A stretch of DNA of 64,000 nucleotides from a virus (lineage: Duplodnaviria > Caudoviricetes). A program made the position numbers and the translations under genes. The stretch lies in the IMG/VR virus record IMGVR_UViG_3300025087_000689, one strand, 5' to 3'. Positions 19,767 to 29,358 of the stretch are shown piece after piece. Under the pieces are notes generated by a model, which was given only the letters and a program-made list of their open reading frames with translations, had not been told where the DNA came from and did no database searches. How positions within the stretch are numbered: position 1 is the stretch's first letter; each line of letters opens with the position of its first letter.

Positions 19767-22700
19767 ATGGCTAAACAGGAACAGGATATTATTCAAACTC
19801 TAAAAGATAAACTGGAAATTTATCTTAGTCAAATGGGTATTGAAAGAAATAGAAACTTTTTCACTTGCATCAATCCCGACCATGAGGATTCAACCCCGTC
19901 ATGTTCGATTAGTGGGAAACATAATAAACAAATATTTCATTGTTTTGGTTGTCTTGCACCTTCTGAAGAAATTAGAACACAAAGAGGTTTAATTAAAATA
20001 AAAGATATTAAATTAAGTGATGTTGTATTAGCAGTAGATGGAACATGGAAAAATATAGTCGCTATAACACCAACTAAAGATAATAATAAACCGATGATTT
20101 CATTTGTGTTAGGTAATATTTATAGAGATGAATCTATTTTTACTGTAAATCATAGGATGTTAATTGTAAAAGAAATGTATAAAAAAGTTCCTTATATTAA
20201 CTATTCAACTTATGATAAACGATTTAAGTTTATATCTAAATTAAAAAATCGTAAATCTTGTAAAAAATATAAAAATAAATTAAATATTACTGAATGTTAT
20301 GCTAATGAAGTTAGTGTTAATGATTATTTTTTATTCCCTGTATTACAAGATTATACTAAAAAGGATTTTATTCCTTTTGAAATAAAAGAATATTCGTCGG
20401 GTCCTAATAATACACGAATTAATAAACTTATAATCAATAATGATATGATGTGGGTATATGGTTTATATTGTGCTGAAGGTAATTCTTATAGAGGTGGAAT
20501 TGTTTTTAATCTGTGTATAGATGAAATGTCATACGCTTTGAAAGTTAAAATTTTAATAGAAAAGTACTATGATAAAAAATGCACTATAACAGAGTTAAAA
20601 GAAAAAAATTCTATTACAGTTCATTGTTCCTCTACAGATTTACAAAAAGGATTCGAGTCATTATTTGGAGTTGGTTGTGAAAATAAAAAATGTCCAGTAG
20701 AATTTATTTCTCTTCCACGATTACAACAATCTAATTTCTTAAAAGGTGTATTTGATGGCGATGGTAGTAAAGATTATGAATTAACTATTACTAGTAAGGA
20801 ACTAGTTTTACAACTTGAACATATTGCTATTAATCTTAAAAAACCTTTTTCATATTCTACTCAACCTTTCTATACTGGAAAAGATGGTATTTTTAGACTA
20901 CCAACATACACGCTTAGACTTAGAAAATATGAATCACTGGATTGTTTTTATGAAACCATAAATAATAAATCTTATTGTTTTCTTCATGTAGTTAGTATTA
21001 AAAGAGCAAAAGATGAATCAATTGTTTATGATCTGACTATAGATGGAAATCCATCATTTACTACTAAACATTATTCAGTTCATAATTGTGGAGTGGCCGG
21101 AAATATTTTTCACGCAGCTCACTATCTCGAAGGGTTACCAATACACGGACCCGAATTTTTTACCACGACGTTAACGTCCTTGGCCAAACGATTTGGGATA
21201 GAGTATAAACCAACAGAGCTTAGTGAAACAGCAAAAGAAAAAATAACACTTATGAATGCATATAACGATGCATCACAAGTGATTGTTAATTTTGCAAAGA
21301 AAGATTGGAATACGACACCAGTTCCTTCTCATGTTAATATGATTAAAGTTAGAAATATTAATGAAAACTCAATTGATGATTTTGGAATAGGTTCCATCCC
21401 TTCTATTGAAGCGTATCGTGATGCTATGTTAAAGAAGGGGTGGAGTCTTGACTATCTTACATCACATGGTCTTTATCATGAAAGAGAAATCAGTGAAAGT
21501 ATTTTTGTACCTGGAAAGATAATTATTACTATCTCTGATTATCTGGGTAGACCAATTGCTTTTGTTGCTCGTAAACACGAATGGAGTAAAGACTGTGGTT
21601 GTCCAAAATATGTTAATTCCGGTACTTCTGCGATTTATAATAAATCTGCTACGTTTTTTGGGATGGATCTTGCCAAAAAATATATTAAAAACCAACCTCT
21701 TTATATTGTCGAGGGTTACATCGATACAATTACCCTCCACCAAACAGGATTTAAAAACGTCGTTGCTCTCGGATCAGCAGGTTTCAGCAAAGAATTACTT
21801 GAGTTCATTGCTGAAAGGAACGAATGGGTTAGCCGGAAACCAGACGAAAAAGGAAAGTTCATTATCAACCATATCGTCTTCTGTTTCGACGGAGATGAAG
21901 CAGGTACGTTCTGCACTCGATCAGCTATCGACCTTATTGCAACAACAGGAAGTCCACTCACAGTCGAAGTAAAACAACTTCCAACGGTTGTTGGTTATCA
22001 TGATCCTGACGAGATAGTTCGTAAGAGTGGTTTGGAAGCGTTTAAATCTATTGAAGTAATGATGGCCTTTAAATGGGATCTAAAGTATCATAGAGAGCGT
22101 GAATGTTCTGAGCCGGAAGAAACATTTATAAAACGTATTACTGCTCAGATTATGAACTTTGATAGTCCGATAGATCGTAGAGCTCGTGCTAGAGATCTGC
22201 ATGATGTGCTTCAGGCTAAAGGTACTATCTTTTCTATTGAAGATATTATTAAAGAAGTAGAAGTTTTACGTGGAGAAAAGAACGGCAAGCTACAAGCTGA
22301 ACTTGAATCTGTTTTTGATACTATGATTTTGAAGAGAAAGACAACTAGAGGTTCAGATCTAATAGAAGTTCTTTCAAAAGGGTATGCCGATATTAAGAAG
22401 AAACAGAGAGAGTATAGTCGACGTTATGGTAATGTTGATGAAATCTTTCGTTCCCAAGCCCTCCAAGTTCGTCAGTCTTTTACAAAATGTAAACAATTGA
22501 ATGGGTTTAAGCTTCATAGATTTAGTAAACTACAACAATTGTTTGATGGTTTTCCAGATAAGGAATGTCTTTTTGCAGTAGCAGGTGATGCTAATATAGG
22601 AAAGTCTACTTGGGTAAGAGAAGTATCTTGGGATCTAGCTCAGTCAAATCCAGATGCTATCGTTCTTTATATGTCTATTGACGATTCTATTAAAGACGTT

Positions 22701-23393
22701 ATGATGGCTTTGGTAGCTAGAGAATCTGAACGTTCAAGAGCTTGCGTGTATAGATATGGTAAACTGGCATCAGAGAATGGTGAATCAGATATCGTTACAC
22801 AAATTGATGAAGCCTGGGAACAAGTACTTAGTCAGAAGAATTATATCGTTGCTGACGCATCCCAAGGTAGTTCGATAATGCATCTTGAAGATCATCTTGA
22901 TTATATCCACAGAACATATCCTAATAGCCGACCTATTATCTTCTTGGATAACTTTCATAAATTACGTTATGGTGAAGAAAGTAGTATTCGTGAAAAGTTT
23001 ATTGACATGGTTCAGAGTCTTAAAGAGTTAACTCAGATCGAAGACATTCCTATTGTAATGACAGTTGAATTACGGAAGACAGAATCAGGGAAGAGAGCAA
23101 CTCTTAATGACATAGCTGAAACAAAACAAATTGAATATGATGCTAAAGTAGTTCTTATGGCTCATCAAGAGATGCACAATAATCCAGAGACGATTATTAA
23201 GTGGCATCGAGATAACTATGACCCGGCTGCAAATCTTCCTTATCTTGAAATGCAGATTGCTAAAAATAAACAATCAGATAAAAAATGTTGGATTGGATAC
23301 CGTTTCGAACCAGATCGTAGTATCCTGACTGAAGTAGATTATGAATCTGAAATACAACCTAAAAGATTTCCGGCCCGAAACACTAACAACTAG
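19767..23393 (+). CDS. dnaG: DnaG-type primase (CHC2 Zn finger + TOPRIM) fused to DnaB-like helicase, intein-containing
   Basis: CINPDH..FHCFG|CG Zn finger; EGYID, DGDEAG, DPD TOPRIM motifs; GDANIGKST Walker A, FLDNFH Walker B, KNK at the C-terminus. Confidence 0.9.
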   Translation: MAKQEQDIIQTLKDKLEIYLSQMGIERNRNFFTCINPDHEDSTPSCSISGKHNKQIFHCFGCLAPSEEIRTQRGLIKIKDIKLSDVVLAVDGTWKNIVAITPTKDNNKPMISFVLGNIYRDESIFTVNHRMLIVKEMYKKVPYINYSTYDKRFKFISKLKNRKSCKKYKNKLNITECYANEVSVNDYFLFPVLQDYTKKDFIPFEIKEYSSGPNNTRINKLIINNDMMWVYGLYCAEGNSYRGGIVFNLCIDEMSYALKVKILIEKYYDKKCTITELKEKNSITVHCSSTDLQKGFESLFGVGCENKKCPVEFISLPRLQQSNFLKGVFDGDGSKDYELTITSKELVLQLEHIAINLKKPFSYSTQPFYTGKDGIFRLPTYTLRLRKYESLDCFYETINNKSYCFLHVVSIKRAKDESIVYDLTIDGNPSFTTKHYSVHNCGVAGNIFHAAHYLEGLPIHGPEFFTTTLTSLAKRFGIEYKPTELSETAKEKITLMNAYNDASQVIVNFAKKDWNTTPVPSHVNMIKVRNINENSIDDFGIGSIPSIEAYRDAMLKKGWSLDYLTSHGLYHEREISESIFVPGKIIITISDYLGRPIAFVARKHEWSKDCGCPKYVNSGTSAIYNKSATFFGMDLAKKYIKNQPLYIVEGYIDTITLHQTGFKNVVALGSAGFSKELLEFIAERNEWVSRKPDEKGKFIINHIVFCFDGDEAGTFCTRSAIDLIATTGSPLTVEVKQLPTVVGYHDPDEIVRKSGLEAFKSIEVMMAFKWDLKYHRERECSEPEETFIKRITAQIMNFDSPIDRRARARDLHDVLQAKGTIFSIEDIIKEVEVLRGEKNGKLQAELESVFDTMILKRKTTRGSDLIEVLSKGYADIKKKQREYSRRYGNVDEIFRSQALQVRQSFTKCKQLNGFKLHRFSKLQQLFDGFPDKECLFAVAGDANIGKSTWVREVSWDLAQSNPDAIVLYMSIDDSIKDVMMALVARESERSRACVYRYGKLASENGESDIVTQIDEAWEQVLSQKNYIVADASQGSSIMHLEDHLDYIHRTYPNSRPIIFLDNFHKLRYGEESSIREKFIDMVQSLKELTQIEDIPIVMTVELRKTESGKRATLNDIAETKQIEYDAKVVLMAHQEMHNNPETIIKWHRDNYDPAANLPYLEMQIAKNKQSDKKCWIGYRFEPDRSILTEVDYESEIQPKRFPARNTNN
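19950..21086 (+). mobile_element. Intein with LAGLIDADG endonuclease in primase Zn finger (379 aa)
   Basis: Starts CLAPSEEIRTQRG, ends VHN followed by Cys; GLYCAEGN and LKGVFDGDG motifs. Confidence 0.92.
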
Positions 23394-24099
23394 TAGGGCT
23401 GTAGCAAAGAAAGGTTTAATTACTGATGGAGAATTATATTATCACTTGAGTTCCTGTCCCTTTTTCCATTCATATAACGATGGAGGAGTGGAAGAGTGTG
23501 AAACAATCCTGCTTCCATTCTTCCGTCGGTTTATGAAAAATAGGATATTGGGATCTATATCATATGTAACAGCAATAGGAGAATTTAATGATTATCTTAC
23601 GCATTGCAAGCATACCATTCTACCGAAAGATATTAAAAAATATCTTAGATATTTTAGCAACTTCTACGCTCTTCTTTTTCCCACTAAGAAGTTTGATATA
23701 CTTCTTCCCTACTTTCCTTATAAGTATTCTTATCTCGAGGGGTGTGCTGAGTTGGTTATTAGGTCCAAAGCCGGTGTTCGTATCTACGTTTACGACTTCT
23801 CAGATGAGGCTATAGATGCTGAAGATCTTAACTATAATGGATTTAGATTACAATTATCTGGCTGTGTATTCAAGAAGCTTACTGGGATCATTCCTACTTC
23901 GTTGGCTTGTTTATACCCAGGATCTAAAACGGTTCTCTATTATACTTATACCGATGCTGAAAAGTTAGATGAGATGATAGTTGAAAAGAATCAATTCGTA
24001 AGAAGATATGGATCTCATTGTGCTTACTGTTTACAGAAAAATTGTAGTCCTTTAATTGACCGTAGCGACCGCTATGGGTGGCGAATATCGGAGAAATAA
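23341..24099 (+). CDS. Degenerate Cas4-like / PD-(D/E)xK-fold protein
   Basis: N-terminal SCP, GCAELV...VYDFS...LQL spacing, C-terminal CAYCLQKNC; catalytic D and K positions substituted. Confidence 0.5.
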   Translation: MNLKYNLKDFRPETLTTSRAVAKKGLITDGELYYHLSSCPFFHSYNDGGVEECETILLPFFRRFMKNRILGSISYVTAIGEFNDYLTHCKHTILPKDIKKYLRYFSNFYALLFPTKKFDILLPYFPYKYSYLEGCAELVIRSKAGVRIYVYDFSDEAIDAEDLNYNGFRLQLSGCVFKKLTGIIPTSLACLYPGSKTVLYYTYTDAEKLDEMIVEKNQFVRRYGSHCAYCLQKNCSPLIDRSDRYGWRISEK

Positions 24100-24338
24100 T
24101 GAATCAAACAAGACAGGTCGTTAGGTTATCTGCTGTCCAGCTTAATAAAAGTGGGAAGAGATATCTATCTATAACAACATGTAGTATGAAGGATCTTAAA
24201 GTTGGAGATTCTTTTTATATGCTAGAATCAGATCAAGAACTAGTTGTAGATAAAGATGGATGTTTTCTATTTAAAGCTGAGTCCATTCCTAAACCACATA
24301 AAGATACATATATAGTTAAAGTAAGGGAGCTTAAATGA
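24078..24338 (+). CDS. Hypothetical protein
   Basis: Coupled ORF between neighbours (alternative start 24099). Confidence 0.5.
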   Translation: MANIGEIMNQTRQVVRLSAVQLNKSGKRYLSITTCSMKDLKVGDSFYMLESDQELVVDKDGCFLFKAESIPKPHKDTYIVKVRELK

Positions 24339-24922
24339 CAAGAAGAAGTGATGATGGATTAGCATATCACTCGTGGTTTGATTCTGGTTTATCATTAGTT
24401 GAAAGAGTTATTGTTTTAAAATCAGATTCACCCGACGATGAGATAGATACTAATATGTCCTTGCATTTTATTAAGTGTATAGCTACTTTGGAAAATCTTA
24501 ATGATAAACCAATTTGTGTCATTCTTAATTCTACTGGTGGTGATATGTATGCCAGTCTTGCTATCTATGATCGGATTAAGGATTCTCATTGTGCTGTTTG
24601 TGTTCGAGGTTATGGTGCTATTATGTCTGGTGCGTCTATTATAATGCAGGCTGCAGGCTTAAGACAAATGAGTCCTAACTCTCATATGATGGTGCATAAC
24701 GGAAGTGTAATGTTGGACGCAGATATAGACAAAGCACAAAATTGGTTTGATTTATATAAAAATATGGGTGATGTTATGTATGATATTTATTATAATAATA
24801 TACATAAAATAAATAAAAAAATAACAAGACAAGAAGTAATTGAAATGTGTCAAAAAGAAACAATTTTAAATGCTGAACAAGCAAAAACTATAGGATTAAT
24901 TGATCAAATTTATCGAGGTTAG
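24335..24922 (+). CDS. clpP: ClpP-family serine protease
   Basis: ILNSTGGD, YD, AIMSGAS (Ser), MMVH (His), LNAEQAKTIGLIDQI. Confidence 0.85.
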   Translation: MTRRSDDGLAYHSWFDSGLSLVERVIVLKSDSPDDEIDTNMSLHFIKCIATLENLNDKPICVILNSTGGDMYASLAIYDRIKDSHCAVCVRGYGAIMSGASIIMQAAGLRQMSPNSHMMVHNGSVMLDADIDKAQNWFDLYKNMGDVMYDIYYNNIHKINKKITRQEVIEMCQKETILNAEQAKTIGLIDQIYRG

Positions 24923-24923
24923 T

Positions 24924-25083
24924 ATGAGAATATATAAAACTCTTAACTTAATAAATGGAAAAATTTATGTTGGTAAAGATGCATCTGATAGAAAAGGTTA
25001 TCTTGGTTCGGGGTGTTATACTAAAACAAGCAATTAAAAAATATGGCAAAGAAAACTTTAGCACAGAGAAAGAGACATGGTAA
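24924..25083 (+). pseudogene. GIY-YIG endonuclease remnant (frameshifted, truncated)
   Basis: MRIYKTLNLINGKIYVGKD...YLGSG; an extra G in GGGG near 25012 shifts away from VILKQAIKKYGKENF; stop at 25081-25083. Confidence 0.75.
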
Positions 25084-25340
25084 TGAAACTTTCTAACTTA
25101 GACGAGCTCCCCGAGAATATAAAGAAAGCTATCTATCATGTATTTACTAACATAAGTATTCGGGACAAGATTATCTTTCTATCTAGACTCGAGTATGGTA
25201 ATGACTTAACCTATAAAGATATCTCGGAGATGACAGGTATTACATTTCAGAGAACGCAACAGTTATATGATGGTTATATGAACGCCATATCTAATCTGGT
25301 ACATTCTAGCGGAGTTATATTATCAGGAGTAATTATCTAA
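25083..25340 (+). CDS. Sigma-70 region-4-like HTH protein
   Basis: RDKIIFLSRL..G.DLTYKDISEMTGITFQRTQQL pattern. Confidence 0.6.
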   Translation: MKLSNLDELPENIKKAIYHVFTNISIRDKIIFLSRLEYGNDLTYKDISEMTGITFQRTQQLYDGYMNAISNLVHSSGVILSGVII

Positions 25341-25386
25341 TGACTGACGAAGTATTAAAATTTATTAGAAAAGGAAATAAGATATC

Positions 25387-25746
25387 ATGATACAATTTAC
25401 TATACCGGGCACTCCTATTTCTGTTAATCATATGTATCATTCTAGAGGTAAAATAAGATTTCTATGTAAAGAAGGTAAAGAGTATAAAGAAAAAGTTGCA
25501 AAAATAGCTAATAACACATCAAAACCTACTGATTTTGATAGTAAATCTAAAAAAATAGTAATGAAAATCGACTATTATTTTGGTGATTTAAGAAGACGTG
25601 ACTGTTCCAATTATGATAAAGGAATTTTAGATTCATTATCTAAGATACTTTATGATGACGATTCCCAAATTAAACGATTAACACTTGAAAAATTTATAGA
25701 TAAAGTTAATCCAAGAGTAGAAGTAACTCTAGATATATTAAAATAA
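25387..25746 (+). CDS. rusA: RusA-family Holliday junction resolvase
   Basis: PISVNHMY...RRRDCSNYDKGILDSL..ILYDDDSQI...PRVEV. Confidence 0.85.
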   Translation: MIQFTIPGTPISVNHMYHSRGKIRFLCKEGKEYKEKVAKIANNTSKPTDFDSKSKKIVMKIDYYFGDLRRRDCSNYDKGILDSLSKILYDDDSQIKRLTLEKFIDKVNPRVEVTLDILK

Positions 25747-25748
25747 AG

Positions 25749-25778
25749 TTGGCATTTTAACCTAAATAATATTATAAT
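25749..25778 (+). promoter_or_regulatory. Promoter TTGGCA-N18-TATAAT
   Basis: Intergenic; followed by AAGGAG and ATG 25791. Confidence 0.65.
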
Positions 25779-25790
25779 AAAGGAGAAGAC

Positions 25791-26042
25791 ATGAAAAAGA
25801 CCATAAACAAACGTGGAAATCCAGGCATGTTATGTGTCGATGGAAGACCCGATAGAACCAAAGCCCCTCTAATCAAACAGACTCAGTCTGTTAAAACAAA
25901 AATCATTCCCAGTCCATCTAAAGCATCCATCACAGTTCAAACAACTGAACCCTTAAAGTTTGTCACAGTCGATGAACCTGGGACAATGACTATTAATACA
26001 AAACCAGATTCATCTGGTTATATAAAGAGACGGAGGAACTAA
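25791..26042 (+). CDS. Basic hypothetical protein
   Basis: RBS and promoter upstream. Confidence 0.55.
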   Translation: MKKTINKRGNPGMLCVDGRPDRTKAPLIKQTQSVKTKIIPSPSKASITVQTTEPLKFVTVDEPGTMTINTKPDSSGYIKRRRN

Positions 26043-26281
26043 TGGAAACTAAACAGAAATGGGAATTGATTATTAATACGGCGGGAGATCCTCTAAAGAA
26101 TATTCTAACACTAGATGGAAATCTAATTCCATGTTCAGAAGTGAATGTTATTAGTTCGGGAGATGGTCCGGCTTATCTAGTAATTAAAGTGCCCATCATA
26201 GATGGTAATCTTGATATTAAAACTGACACAATTAAACCAGTAGATCGTGAAATAATTGTAGCAAGTTCAAAGAAGGAATAA
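26042..26281 (+). CDS. Hypothetical protein
   Basis: TAATG coupling. Confidence 0.55.
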   Translation: METKQKWELIINTAGDPLKNILTLDGNLIPCSEVNVISSGDGPAYLVIKVPIIDGNLDIKTDTIKPVDREIIVASSKKE

Positions 26282-26282
26282 C

Positions 26283-26792
26283 ATGCCTCGGAGAATGACT
26301 TTATTAACAGATTTAGATATTAACAAATATAAAGAAGGTGACTTATTCTATGCACCTAAACTTGGATATAAAAGACAAGGTTATATTAAATTTGTTTCTT
26401 GTCCAAGATGTGGAAAGTTAAAGTTTGCTTACGCTCATAAGAATGGAACTTTAGAGAATCACGAAACTAATCCTTATTGTCGTTCATGTATTCAAATTGT
26501 TAACAATGAAAAATTAGGATTTCAAAACCATGCACGTTATAAAGCAGCTAAAATGAAAGATAGTCACGGTTATATTTCTATAACCATAGATAAAAATGAT
26601 TCTTATGTTTCAATGTGTAGACATAGTAAACGTGGACATATTATTTCTGAACATAGATATGTTATGGCTAAATCATTGGGACGATGTTTAAAAACACATG
26701 AAGTGGTACATCATTTACCGTTTACGATTTTACAAAATAGAATTAAATATTTAGAAAATGTTCTTAAGGAGAATAATATACAATATGATTAA
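26283..26792 (+). CDS. Zn-finger/HNH endonuclease with the HNH core deleted in frame
   Basis: CPRC...CRSC, EHRYVMAKSLGR...EVVHH runs straight into LPFTILQ, lacking the NG.K.DNR.ENL seen in the paralogue 55439-56008. Confidence 0.65.
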   Translation: MPRRMTLLTDLDINKYKEGDLFYAPKLGYKRQGYIKFVSCPRCGKLKFAYAHKNGTLENHETNPYCRSCIQIVNNEKLGFQNHARYKAAKMKDSHGYISITIDKNDSYVSMCRHSKRGHIISEHRYVMAKSLGRCLKTHEVVHHLPFTILQNRIKYLENVLKENNIQYD

Positions 26793-29349
26793 GAAAAAAA
26801 AGTTGCTAATTTTCACGGATTCTTTTTGTGTTTACACTGGTTTTTCCAACGTGGGTCGCCATGTGTCAACATATCTTCACAACACCGGTAAATACGAGAT
26901 AGCCTATCTGTGTTGGTTTCATGCACCTATGAATAATATAATTCCTCCTTTTACAATTTACACGACTATGCGTGATCATAGTAGATGTTGTGGCAGAGGT
27001 CCTGTTGTAATGAAAATGGTTCCTGGTCAGCAACCAGAATATTTTAGACATCAGCAAGGTGTATTACTTCCAGTGGGTCAGGGTGGACAGGTTTGTTTTA
27101 ATGGGCCGAATATGGAACATGATAAATATGCTTATGAAAGTCTTCATGGTGTTATTCTTGATTTTAAACCAGATATAGTATGGGGTTTGGGGGACACTTG
27201 GATGCAATTTCATACCAATATGATGGATATTAGACCGTGTTTTTCCTATTATGAATATTGTTTTTCTCCTGATACTGATATAATGACTAAAGAAGGTATT
27301 AAAAATATATCAGATATTAAAGAAGATGATTTAGTTTTTAGTATAAATCCAGAAACTAAAGAATGTTCATATAAAAAAGTTATACGAACTACCGAAAGGA
27401 ATTATATTGGTGATATGATTAGTATACAATCTATGCGAGTTGACCAATTAGTCACACCTGAACATAGAATTTTATTAGACTCCGGTGATTTTATAACTGC
27501 TATTGATGTTACTAAAAGATCTATTTCAAAATTACCAAGACCTTATAAAATATCAAATCATATTGGTGATAATGAAAGTACGATTAATATGTTAGATTAT
27601 TGTGATGATGATGCTTTTATATTAATACCTGTAAAATATAAATTACAATTATGTAATTCTTATTTATGTAATAGATGTGGTTATATTGGAACAACAGATC
27701 AACCAACAGAATTAAAATGTTCACAATGTAGATCAAGAAATGTACAGTTACATAACGGTGTTTTTAATAAAACTTTTTTAGAATCTCATCATTATCATCA
27801 TGAACTTGTTTATAAATTTAGAAAACATGAACTTTCTAAAGAACACTTAGAATTTATAATTTCTATTAATGAAGAATATGGTGATATTCGACTGCGAGGT
27901 GCCGATGATGAACATGATTCATTACCTATTCTAATTAATAAAAATGATTTATTAAAATTAGGGGGTTGGTTTATTAGTGAAGGTTCAGTGGAAAATAAAA
28001 ATTGTCATGTGTGTTCTTTATCTCAATACAAATATATAAAACAATTAACTGAAGATATTGAAAATATTGATATTCGTTTTAGTAAAGTTCCTAGTGGTTA
28101 TAAAATATATGGTAAAATAATGTATAACTTTTTTACCAGAAATTTTGGTTTTAATAGTTATACTAAAAAAATAGATGAGAGTGTATTTAATATTTGTTCT
28201 GTTGTTGAATTAGAATTATTATTTGATAGAATGATGTTAGGTGATGGATCTTTTAATAAGGCTTCTTATTATACTGTATGTAAACAATTAGCAAACGATG
28301 TGGTAAAACTTTGTTTTATTATAGGTAAACAAGGTATTATTCATTCTAATGAAATTATTAATAGAGTTGGTATATGGTCTGTAAATAACACTATATCTAT
28401 TAAACAAGAACACACTGAAATAATACAATATAATGGAATAGTGAAATGTTTATCAGTTGAAGATAATGGTACAGTTTTAGCCGGTAGAAATAATAAACTA
28501 AACTATATAGGTCAGTGTCCAATAGACGGGGAACCTATGCCCCATATTATTAAAATGGTTAATCAAGAAATCAATTGGGTTGATACACTTAATAAAGCCG
28601 ATAGAGCTTATGCCTTTTGTAATTTTGGTCGTGATACAATGATTAAAACAGGAGAGAAATATGGCGTTAATCTTAAAAAAGTTGGTGTTATATATCACGG
28701 CGTAGATATTAATACTTATCACAAACTTGATAATAAAAAAGGTTTAAGAAAAAAATGGTTTCCAGAAATTAAAGATGATGTGTTCCTAGTTGGTTTCTTT
28801 AGTCGTAATCAACCACGAAAAGCTGTTCATAAATGGTTTGAAGCTATCGCTCTTGGCGTTAGGAAGGGTTATTGGACGAAAGATACTTTACAAATGTATG
28901 GTCACTTTCCATGGAATGATGTTGGGTGGTACATACCCGATTTAATTAAAACTCACGGATTAGAAGAATTATTTATTAAACGAGATAAATTACAAGTGGG
29001 TATGGGTCCTTCTGATTCAGAAATGAATGAGTTATATAATTGTTGTGATTTAACGACGCTCCCAACTAGGGGGGAAGGTTGGTCTTTGACAATCAGCGAA
29101 TCTATGTCAGCTGGCACACCAACCTTAATATCAGCTTATAGTGCACATCATGATTGGGCTGAACATGCTGCAGCTAGAATTAAAATAGCTGTATTAGATG
29201 CTGAACCTTTAACTAATATAAATAGGGCTATAGTAGATGTTGATGATTACACAGAAAAAATAAAAGCCTTCTATGATAATATTAGTTTAGAAGAATTTGA
29301 AACTAAGTTTGGAAAAGTTCAAAGTTATAAAGATGAAACAAATAAATAA
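26785..29349 (+). CDS. GT4 (GT-B) glycosyltransferase, intein-containing; last helices lie in the next ORF
   Basis: KLLIFTDS..V.TGFSNV; Y|CPIDG; HGVD..TY; SRNQPRK; PTRGEGWSLTISESMSAGTP. Confidence 0.85.
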   Translation: MIKKKKLLIFTDSFCVYTGFSNVGRHVSTYLHNTGKYEIAYLCWFHAPMNNIIPPFTIYTTMRDHSRCCGRGPVVMKMVPGQQPEYFRHQQGVLLPVGQGGQVCFNGPNMEHDKYAYESLHGVILDFKPDIVWGLGDTWMQFHTNMMDIRPCFSYYEYCFSPDTDIMTKEGIKNISDIKEDDLVFSINPETKECSYKKVIRTTERNYIGDMISIQSMRVDQLVTPEHRILLDSGDFITAIDVTKRSISKLPRPYKISNHIGDNESTINMLDYCDDDAFILIPVKYKLQLCNSYLCNRCGYIGTTDQPTELKCSQCRSRNVQLHNGVFNKTFLESHHYHHELVYKFRKHELSKEHLEFIISINEEYGDIRLRGADDEHDSLPILINKNDLLKLGGWFISEGSVENKNCHVCSLSQYKYIKQLTEDIENIDIRFSKVPSGYKIYGKIMYNFFTRNFGFNSYTKKIDESVFNICSVVELELLFDRMMLGDGSFNKASYYTVCKQLANDVVKLCFIIGKQGIIHSNEIINRVGIWSVNNTISIKQEHTEIIQYNGIVKCLSVEDNGTVLAGRNNKLNYIGQCPIDGEPMPHIIKMVNQEINWVDTLNKADRAYAFCNFGRDTMIKTGEKYGVNLKKVGVIYHGVDINTYHKLDNKKGLRKKWFPEIKDDVFLVGFFSRNQPRKAVHKWFEAIALGVRKGYWTKDTLQMYGHFPWNDVGWYIPDLIKTHGLEELFIKRDKLQVGMGPSDSEMNELYNCCDLTTLPTRGEGWSLTISESMSAGTPTLISAYSAHHDWAEHAAARIKIAVLDAEPLTNINRAIVDVDDYTEKIKAFYDNISLEEFETKFGKVQSYKDETNK
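27259..28515 (+). mobile_element. Intein with LAGLIDADG endonuclease, C-terminal Gln (419 aa)
   Basis: Starts CFSPDTDIMTKEG, has LVTPEHRI block B, ends AGRNNKLNYIGQ followed by Cys; GWFISEGS and MMLGDGS motifs. Confidence 0.88.
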
Positions 29350-29358
29350 TGATAAGGG

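Noticed and set aside
17680-24099. CRISPR-Cas locus suggested by Cas4-like genes
   Set aside because: No cas1/cas2 and no repeat-spacer array seen; solo Cas4-like nucleases are common phage recombination genes.
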